A DNA stretch of 64,000 nucleotides from Candidatus Pacearchaeota archaeon (GTDB taxonomy: Archaea > Nanobdellota > Nanobdellia > Pacearchaeales > GW2011-AR1): the NCBI GenBank assembly GCA_016181895.1, contig JACOYL010000008.1:8192-72191 (forward strand). Reading direction: 5' to 3'. Positions 57,939-64,000 of the stretch are shown one piece after another. Positions within the stretch are counted from its first letter, which is position 1; every line of letters begins with the position of its first letter. The notes beneath the pieces are model-generated. The model saw only the letters and a program-made list of their open reading frames with translations, searched no databases and was not told the DNA's origin. Both the position numbers and the translations under genes were made by a program.

Positions 57939-58337
57939 TCAACGTGAATATATTTTTTCTCTTTCTTCCACTCTTTTATAAGCATTTCTTCCCCATTCAT
58001 AAATTCCGGATGCAAGATTTGTTGCTAGAGGAATAGCAAGATATTCCAATCTGTCTTCTATATTATTCACATTCGCCAACACCAATGCAATACTCCATGC
58101 CCCACTTACATATATACCTTCAATAACTCTAATTAATCCATAATTTTGCTGATTGCTCCAACCAAATTTATTATATTTTTTATTTATAGCTCTTCTATAC
58201 CATGTTGGTACAATAAAAGGAGTAAATCCATGCTCAACAACATTTTGAGCAAGATTATAACCAAATTTTCCAACTTTTTTGGATACATCTAATCCATCTT
58301 TTCCCATTTCTTTTGCGATTTCTGTTGGTTTTGTCAT
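57939..58337 (-). CDS. Orphan membrane protein, paralog of 7977-8456
   Basis: EMGKD, FIVPTWYR, TNLASGIYEWGRNA. Confidence 0.7.
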   Translation of the reverse strand: MTKPTEIAKEMGKDGLDVSKKVGKFGYNLAQNVVEHGFTPFIVPTWYRRAINKKYNKFGWSNQQNYGLIRVIEGIYVSGAWSIALVLANVNNIEDRLEYLAIPLATNLASGIYEWGRNAYKRVEEREKIYSR

Positions 58338-58338
58338 T

Positions 58339-58866
58339 TTATCTTTCTCGTTGATTATTCCTTAACAATGTTCTAAAGAAAATTTCATTTGGCTCTCCAA
58401 GATTTTTGTATAAAGTACTATCCAATCCATAACTTGGACCACCGGAGCCTGAGGAAGGATCAAGGTCGTATAGATATCCTATCTCCATTATTTGCCCTCT
58501 TGGAAGAATAATTCCTCCGTCGCTTACCTCGCCAAATTCTTTTCTTACCAAATCCATATCGGGAATATCAAATTCCCCAGATTTTGTGCATCCTCTTAAT
58601 ATAGATTCTATATCTCTGTATTCAATGTCTTTATAAGAAACTTGTTTCGGATGTCCTTGTTGAGACCACTTAAATGTTTTAGCCCATTCCCTTTTCTTAC
58701 GATCTAATTCAAAAAGATCTACTACCAAATAAGATTTTTGAAATACATGCTCATAAATTAATTCTCTTTTTCCATCTTCATTTTTATAAAGTCCGGCCTT
58801 GAGCGGATGTCCACGCCAATCCATTCTAACTATTCTTGGTTCTCCTTCTTGCGTTTTGTTTTTCAT
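58339..58866 (-). CDS. Hypothetical protein
   Basis: Long ORF coupled to the next gene; no recognised motif. Confidence 0.6.
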   Translation of the reverse strand: MKNKTQEGEPRIVRMDWRGHPLKAGLYKNEDGKRELIYEHVFQKSYLVVDLFELDRKKREWAKTFKWSQQGHPKQVSYKDIEYRDIESILRGCTKSGEFDIPDMDLVRKEFGEVSDGGIILPRGQIMEIGYLYDLDPSSGSGGPSYGLDSTLYKNLGEPNEIFFRTLLRNNQRER

Positions 58867-59002
58867 TTTATTTATTATTTTTTTATTACTTAATCGTAGT
58901 AATTTAGTTATAATCATACACATTATGAACTATATAAGTTTTTCTTTAGAAATACCTTAATAATTACGGAAGATTTATAAGAATGTCTTATTTAGTGCAA
59001 AT

Positions 59003-59488
59003 ATGCCTGTTAAATCAGCGTTGAAATCAAGAATCATCGACGAGAAAGACAAAAAGATACTTCATGTTCTTCAAGAAAATGGAAGAGAACAACTTAACAA
59101 AATTGCGAAGAAAGTTGGATTGAGCATTGATTCCACACACAAGAGAATTAAAGTAATGATTGAGAAAGGGATTTTTCATCCGACTATTTTGGTAGACCCA
59201 CGAGTAATTGGATTTCCATTGATTGCTGACATAAAAATAAAATTGAAAAATGTGAGCCAAAAGGCTCTTGATGATTTTATTTCCCATCTGAAGAAACATC
59301 CGAGATGCATTGAGCTTTTATCAATAATGGGGGATTATGATTTCACTCTTGTTCTTATTGCAAAAGACGGAGATGAATTGGAAAAATTGTCGACGGAAAT
59401 AAGACAGAAATATAAAGACTTGATTGACGAATGGAAAAGCAATCTTGTTTTGAAAACGCACAAGTTTGAGGAATATTTGCTGGAATGA
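59003..59488 (+). CDS. Lrp/AsnC transcriptional regulator
   Basis: DEKDKKIL..LQENGR..IAKKVGLS HTH; GDYDF RAM domain. Confidence 0.92.
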   Translation: MPVKSALKSRIIDEKDKKILHVLQENGREQLNKIAKKVGLSIDSTHKRIKVMIEKGIFHPTILVDPRVIGFPLIADIKIKLKNVSQKALDDFISHLKKHPRCIELLSIMGDYDFTLVLIAKDGDELEKLSTEIRQKYKDLIDEWKSNLVLKTHKFEEYLLE

Positions 59489-59493
59489 AAACA

Positions 59494-59568
59494 CGCCCGA
59501 GACAGGACTTGAACCTGCGACCCTCAGGTTAGGAACCTGATGCTCTATCCAAACTGAGCTACCCGGGC
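59494..59568 (-). tRNA. tRNA-Arg(CCT)
   Basis: GCCCGGGTAGCTCAG...TCAGG-TT-CCT-AA-CCTGA...GGTTCAAGTCC. Confidence 0.96.
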
Positions 59569-59611
59569 TTTCTTTCACACACTTTAAAAATAGAAAGTGA
59601 ATTTAAAAAAC

Positions 59612-59884
59612 ATGCTGGTGAAGGTGCTCGGACTTGTCGATTTGATTATCGGAATGCTGCTTGTTTTTTTGTCTTATTTTAATCCTCCAAGCAATGTTCT
59701 TATTTCTTTCAGCATTATTGCGTTCGCGAAATCAAGTTTGGGAATGTTGCGGGATTTTGGAAGTTGGATTGATTTCTCGGCGGGAATTTTGCTTGGAATA
59801 GCAATATTAATCAACATTCCGTTGGCATTGAGCATAATCGTCGGATTGCTGGTTTTGCAGAAAGGAGTTTTCAGTTTTTTTTGA
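59612..59884 (+). CDS. Small multi-TM hypothetical protein
   Basis: Hydrophobic 90-aa ORF downstream of a TTTAAAAA box. Confidence 0.65.
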   Translation: MLVKVLGLVDLIIGMLLVFLSYFNPPSNVLISFSIIAFAKSSLGMLRDFGSWIDFSAGILLGIAILINIPLALSIIVGLLVLQKGVFSFF

Positions 59885-59918
59885 AATTATTTATAAATAA
59901 ACGCAGATTAATGAATTG

Positions 59919-60509
59919 ATGAAAACAAGGGGCGAGGTTAATTTACCTGTAATAATCCTATTGGTCTTCGGACTTTTTACCGTTGGATTAGGAGCCTCAT
60001 ACGTGTATTTCTCCATTAATGGAACAGATTATTCCAGTCTTTATTCTGATAGAATTTCTTCCGGAGAAATAAAAAAACCAACAACACAATTTAACCAAAC
60101 AACGGAAAATAATACAGAAAGCACGGAAAATGAAATTAATCAATTGGTTATTGATAAAGATTTAGTTAGATATTTTTCCAGTCTGTTGAAGGTTTACAAT
60201 CTTCATAATATTCCTTATACCTCAATAACTCCAAAAATACAAATTTACATTGAAGACACTGCTTATTTTGAAGAGATTATTGACGGCGAAATAATTATCA
60301 ATGAAGGGGAAAGGAAAGACAAGGACATAATCATTAGAACTAATTTGGAAGAAATGGCTAAAATGATTGAAGATTCCAATTACCTGAAAAATTCTTTTAG
60401 TTCTGGCGGTTCGCAAATTGAGACAGTTGCAGATAAGTTCACATTGTTTTCAAAAGGATATCTTAATTTGTATAAAGAGTGGACTGGAACTGATTATGAT
60501 AATCCTTAG
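59919..60509 (+). CDS. Membrane-anchored protein with class III-like signal peptide and SCP2-like C-terminal domain
   Basis: MKTRG|EV plus hydrophobic helix; IIDGEIIINEG..KDIIIRT pattern. Confidence 0.55.
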   Translation: MKTRGEVNLPVIILLVFGLFTVGLGASYVYFSINGTDYSSLYSDRISSGEIKKPTTQFNQTTENNTESTENEINQLVIDKDLVRYFSSLLKVYNLHNIPYTSITPKIQIYIEDTAYFEEIIDGEIIINEGERKDKDIIIRTNLEEMAKMIEDSNYLKNSFSSGGSQIETVADKFTLFSKGYLNLYKEWTGTDYDNP

Positions 60510-60560
60510 GAAAATTTTGAAATAATAAATCAATTATTATATTTTTCGCAAATTCAAGAA

Positions 60561-60644
60561 TGCGGGAAAGAGGATTCGAACCTCTGCAAGCACTGAGCTA
60601 ATGCGTCTTGAGCGCATCCCGTTTGACCACTCCGGCATTCCCGC
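60561..60644 (-). tRNA. tRNA-Leu(CAA)
   Basis: GCGGGAATGCCGGAGTGG...ATGCG-CT-CAA-GA-CGCAT, long variable arm, GGTTCGAATCC. Confidence 0.96.
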
Positions 60645-60703
60645 AATCAATTATATTTTAGTATCATAGAAACGTTTAAAAATCCTTTCTGTCCCATAAT
60701 TTC

Positions 60704-60819
60704 GAAGACGGCCATAGCAGATTGGAAACACCTGTTCCCTTTCCGAACACAGAAGTTAAGCTTTCTGCGTTGACGGCAAGTAGTTTCCGACAAGAAGCGA
60801 AACCTTCAAGCTGTCTTTC
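60704..60819 (+). rRNA. rrf: 5S rRNA, unlinked from 16S/23S (ends approximate)
   Basis: GGCCATAGC, CCGAACACAGAAGTTAAG conserved blocks; terminal AAGACGGC/GCTGTCTT helix. Confidence 0.9.
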
Positions 60820-60851
60820 ATATTTATAAAATATTAATTCTTATTTAATAA

Positions 60852-61202
60852 ATGAAATCCAAAATATCCAAATCGGCACAGGAATTGCCTCAATTGAAAT
60901 TTAAGAAAATTTCAAAAACAGAAGCGCAGGAAAAAATCAAGGATTTTTTCTCGCACATAAAGCACAAATCTCCCGAGGAAATCAAGAAGATAAAAAAACT
61001 CGCGATGAGCCACAACATAAAACTCGGAGACAAGAGAAAATTATTTTGTAAAAAATGTTTGAGTGCCTATGGAAAAGATTCAAGCATAAGCATAAAAAAC
61101 GGGTTCATAACAATTCTATGCGGAAAATGCGATTTCAACAACAAATGGAAATTCAAGGAAATTGATTTGGATATAATTCATCAGGAAACAGGATGTTGTT
61201 AA
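60852..61202 (+). CDS. rnp4: RNase P protein Rpp21-like
   Basis: KLAMSHNIKL..KRKLFCKKC...ITILCGKC Zn ribbon. Confidence 0.75.
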   Translation: MKSKISKSAQELPQLKFKKISKTEAQEKIKDFFSHIKHKSPEEIKKIKKLAMSHNIKLGDKRKLFCKKCLSAYGKDSSISIKNGFITILCGKCDFNNKWKFKEIDLDIIHQETGCC

Positions 61203-61636
61203 GTACAATAATCTTTTTATACCAACAATAACAAATAATTTTATGCCAATCACATTTACATTATCTGATGAATTAATTAGTGCACATTATTCTATAAAGA
61301 AGAGAGATTCTCTTTTAACATCTTATTTATTAACTTTAAATGATGGCACAACTTTTGAGATAATTGGTGGAAGAGCCAGACAAGTTAGATATAGAGATTC
61401 GCAAGCTATTTTACAATATGAAAAAGCAGATGATGTTAGAAAATTACAGTCATTAAACCCAGATAAAGTTGTTTTGTTAAATGGCGAATTGGTAAACCTT
61501 AGAGAAGCGTATAAATTTATTGGAACAGATTATATTCCAACTCCAAGATATTTGGGAATAGACGATTCTCCTGAAATTTATTCAGAACTTTTATCTGGAA
61601 GAAGTAATGCAATGAGGCAACCTGGATGTTGTTAAG
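61191..61636 (+). repeat. 13-bp direct repeat GGATGTTGTTAAG (61191-61203 and 61624-61636) ending two adjacent genes
   Basis: Both ORFs end in Gly-Cys-Cys-stop with identical codons. Confidence 0.75.
61243..61635 (+). CDS. Hypothetical protein ending in GCC
   Basis: 130-aa ORF with its own TATA-like element. Confidence 0.6.
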   Translation: MPITFTLSDELISAHYSIKKRDSLLTSYLLTLNDGTTFEIIGGRARQVRYRDSQAILQYEKADDVRKLQSLNPDKVVLLNGELVNLREAYKFIGTDYIPTPRYLGIDDSPEIYSELLSGRSNAMRQPGCC

Positions 61637-61820
61637 GTTTTATCTCACATGCCTTCATATAACCAATTCCAGCCAAACCAAAAGCCGCAACATTTGCAAG
61701 ATAATTTAAAGAAGGATTCATATCATAACCAAAAACAAAATTAATCATCGAAAGATAAAGTGCTGGAGCGGTTAATGTTATTGCGGTTCTGTAAGCTATT
61801 CTTTCAAGTGTTTTTTTCAT
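61632..61820 (-). CDS. Small 2-TM hypothetical protein
   Basis: ATG immediately after rpoN stop; two hydrophobic segments. Confidence 0.55.
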   Translation of the reverse strand: MKKTLERIAYRTAITLTAPALYLSMINFVFGYDMNPSLNYLANVAAFGLAGIGYMKACEIKP

Positions 61821-61821
61821 T

Positions 61822-62019
61822 TCACGCTTTCTTGAACTTCGCAACAAGTTCAATCAAATCAGTATGTCCGAGGAACATTGCCCTGCAACAATATCTTTCC
61901 AAACCAAGCTCGTCAAGAACTTTTTTTGAATTCTCTCCTTCTGAAACGCGGGATTTGTATTCCTCCCACAAATGAGCTATCGGCTTGCCGCACGAGAAAC
62001 ATCTTATCGGAATTATCAT
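61822..62019 (-). CDS. rpoN: DNA-directed RNA polymerase subunit N (Rpo10)
   Basis: MIIPIRCFSCGK...LGLERYCCR. Confidence 0.97.
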   Translation of the reverse strand: MIIPIRCFSCGKPIAHLWEEYKSRVSEGENSKKVLDELGLERYCCRAMFLGHTDLIELVAKFKKA

Positions 62020-62100
62020 AATATTATTCCAAATTGCTGGTTTTTAAAACTTATTATATAGTCTGGAAATGAAATCTTTTAAAAGCCAGATTAATATTAA

Positions 62101-62247
62101 ATGAGGAAAATGACAAAATGTCTTTATTGCAAAAAAGAGCTGTTTGAGAAAAAGGGAATTGACGTCTGTGACAGCTGCGGCATCGGCGTCTGGGGCAGAA
62201 GAATGTTTGAAGCGATAAAGAAAAACATGGAAAATTCTGGAGAGTAA
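62101..62247 (+). CDS. Small Zn-finger protein (45-48 aa), not in ORF track
   Basis: KCLYCKK...DVCDSCGIGVWG..MFEAIKKNME; two CxxC; TATA-like element upstream. Confidence 0.65.
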   Translation: MRKMTKCLYCKKELFEKKGIDVCDSCGIGVWGRRMFEAIKKNMENSGE

Positions 62248-62285
62248 TTCATTAGATTTAAATATTGGATAATTGCAGATGAAAT

Positions 62286-62909
62286 ATGGAAGAAGGATTA
62301 ACGTCTTTAAATATAGCAGTTATTCCTCCTTTAGAAATAAGAAATAAGGCAATTGAATTTAGCGAAGGAGTTTCATTAAAATTTTTAAGTGAATTTGTGT
62401 TGAATAATGAAGATAAAATTCCGCATATCTCTTTGTATCAGGCAGGTTTTCCATTGAGGAATATTGGAAAAATTGAGGATGCTGTTAGAGAAGTTTCTGG
62501 ATAATTAAATGGAATGTCTTTTATTTTAAACAATTTCACCATTGACTACGGTACTTTTTTGTTTTGGAATTCTGAGAAAAATGATTATCTTCTAAAAGTT
62601 CAGAGAGAATTTATCGATGCAATCAATCCTTTAAGAGAAGGATTAATCCAGCCGGTTTTAAAGACTTTGACCAATGTGCCCGAAGAGGAGAGAAAAAATA
62701 TTGAAAGATATGGTTATCCTACCGTTGGAGACAGTTTCAAACCCCATATAACAATTACCCGCATAAAAAGTCCGGATGATGCGAGACAATCCTTAGAATC
62801 ATTAACAGAATATCCATACTCTTTTGAAGCCGATAGAATAGTTCTTGCATATCTTGGAGCCCATGGCACTGTGAAAAAAATTATTTCTGGATTCAACTTA
62901 AGGAACTAA
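62286..62909 (+). pseudogene. 2H-phosphoesterase (LigT/ThpR-like) gene interrupted by one in-frame TAA
   Basis: PHISL in the 5' ORF and PHITI in the 3' ORF, same frame; TAA at 62502-62504. Confidence 0.75.
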
Positions 62910-62993
62910 TCTCATAGAAGCAACCTTTTTAAATGGTTTTCATTTGTGTAAAATATGAAAAATAAATTTTTCAAGCATAAAAAGCGATTGGCA

Positions 62994-63035
62994 TTGCGAT
63001 TCCCATACGCATCGGGAAGAAACAAAGCATCGCAA
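62994..63035 (+). repeat. GC-rich stem-loop in the rpl21e leader related to the 20168-20195 insert
   Basis: TTGCGAT/ATCGCAA and TCCC/GGGA pairings; shared core CATACGCATCG. Confidence 0.5.
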
Positions 63036-63049
63036 CAAAAGTTTTCACA

Positions 63050-63301
63050 ATGAGAAAAAAGCAAACAAGAACAAAGGGAAAAATCAAATTCAGCAGATAC
63101 TTCCAGGAATTGAAAGAAGGGGACAAAGTGTCCGTGATAAGGGAAATGTCGATGCCTGCGAATTTCCCGAAGAGATTTCAGGGAAGAACGGGGATTGTCG
63201 AGGGAAGGCGCGGAAAGGCATACATTGTTTTGATAAAAGACAATGACAAGGGAAAAAAATTCATAATTCAACCAATACATTTAATAAAAATAAAACAATA
63301 A
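63050..63301 (+). CDS. rpl21e: 50S ribosomal protein L21e
   Basis: GDKV, P.RFQGRTGIV.G.RG.AY, IQPIHL. Confidence 0.93.
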   Translation: MRKKQTRTKGKIKFSRYFQELKEGDKVSVIREMSMPANFPKRFQGRTGIVEGRRGKAYIVLIKDNDKGKKFIIQPIHLIKIKQ

Positions 63302-63308
63302 AATAAAA

Positions 63309-63605
63309 ATGACAATAAGAAATAACGAGCCTTTGAGCATGGCTGAAGTCACGGAATATCTTGACAAGGACTCCGAGGCAATGAAATTCATAAAAAAATT
63401 CACCAAAACCACGGGCAAAGAAGCCAAGGAATTCAGGAAAAAATTAGAGTCCTTGGATTTGATGAAAATGAAATCTGAACACATTTCAAAAATCATAGAC
63501 ATTGTGCCTGAAAATCATGAGGATTTAAATAAAATTTTCGTTGGAACAAGCTTGGATGAAGATGAATCAAAGAGGATATTTGACACAATTAAAGAATTCA
63601 AATAA
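63309..63605 (+). CDS. rpoF: RNA polymerase subunit F (Rpo4)
   Basis: EPLSMAEV, KIIDIVP; conserved rpl21e-rpoF-DUF655 order. Confidence 0.85.
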   Translation: MTIRNNEPLSMAEVTEYLDKDSEAMKFIKKFTKTTGKEAKEFRKKLESLDLMKMKSEHISKIIDIVPENHEDLNKIFVGTSLDEDESKRIFDTIKEFK

Positions 63606-63610
63606 GAAAA

Positions 63611-64000
63611 ATGGAAAAAGAAGAACACGCTATAGTCCTAGATTACTTGCCGAATGGATATCCATTGGAAAGAAAAATGATGCCGATAGCGCAGGCAATA
63701 GGCGAGAAAAACTTGACATTATTGGAACTCGTTCCCAGAAGGGGAATGAGTTTTGAAGTCGAAGAAAAAGTTTATATAGGGGAAGGCAAGAGAGACAAGG
63801 TATATTACATCCTTGGAAGATTGCAAAGGGAAAAGATTACCGAAACCGCAAAGGAACACCTTGAAAAATTCATAGAAAAAGTCGTAAAAGAAAGAGAAAA
63901 GGAATTCGTGGAATTTTTCAACACTTCAGAGGCGATAAACAAGAGAGTTCACCAACTTGAACTTCTTCCCGGATTAGGAAAAAAATACACGAAGGACATT
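63611..64000 (+). CDS. DUF655 putative RNA-binding protein (3' truncated by window edge)
   Basis: EEHAIVLDYLP, QAIG..TLLEL, HQLELLPGLGKK. Confidence 0.9.
   Translation, partial: MEKEEHAIVLDYLPNGYPLERKMMPIAQAIGEKNLTLLELVPRRGMSFEVEEKVYIGEGKRDKVYYILGRLQREKITETAKEHLEKFIEKVVKEREKEFVEFFNTSEAINKRVHQLELLPGLGKKYTKDI

Noticed and set aside
57512-59488. tRNA-integrated element between tRNA-Gly and tRNA-Arg
   Set aside because: No integrase and no duplicated tRNA 3' fragment
59321-59578. 85-aa minus-strand ORF
   Set aside because: It is a translation of tRNA-Arg and the antisense strand of Lrp
62502-62504. Stop-codon reassignment or Sec/Pyl recoding
   Set aside because: TAA, TAG and TGA all terminate conserved genes normally in this window; this is a single case
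874-63756. Numerous 60-160 aa antisense or off-frame ORFs in the track
   Set aside because: They overlap well-supported genes and have no motifs; treated as shadow ORFs
1-64000. CRISPR array, transposase, integrase, intein or prophage
   Set aside because: No regularly spaced repeats or recognisable motifs were seen by eye

Overview
AT-rich archaeal DNA, most consistent with a DPANN lineage (Pacearchaeota/Woesearchaeota-like; inferred from gene content, not placed phylogenetically). About 0.5-54.9 kb is one large surface-glycosylation region. It holds AglB, an AglH/Alg7-like GlcNAc-1-P transferase, many GT2/GT4/GT9/GT-C enzymes, rmlAB, gmd, an NDP-sugar C-methyltransferase, aminotransferases, galE, a flippase, four B12-binding radical SAM proteins, three alkaline-phosphatase-superfamily proteins, several methyltransferases and cupins, QueC and interspersed orphan genes. 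The last ~9 kb is housekeeping: secD/secF, intron-containing tRNA-Gly(TCC), tRNA-Arg(CCT), tRNA-Leu(CAA), an unlinked 5S rRNA, Rpp21, RpoN, L21e, RpoF and DUF655. No CRISPR array, transposase or integrase was seen. Main observations: (1) a free-standing 38-aa gene matching the '..KEKLRxxGYI' C-terminal tail of sulfatase-like enzymes, directly upstream of a tail-less sulfatase-like gene; (2) a kinase domain inserted inside a nucleotidyltransferase; (3) a 64-aa stand-alone aIF5A-like N-domain; (4) single-gene insertions flanked by direct repeats of 92, 16 and 13 bp; (5) a 48-nt structured RNA candidate with its own TATA box; (6) a dispersed GC-rich mini-element at gene 5' ends; (7) a tRNA-Gly(TCC) intron whose BHB fits a GCN anticodon better than its own. 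All functional calls come from motif recognition by eye; no database searches were run.
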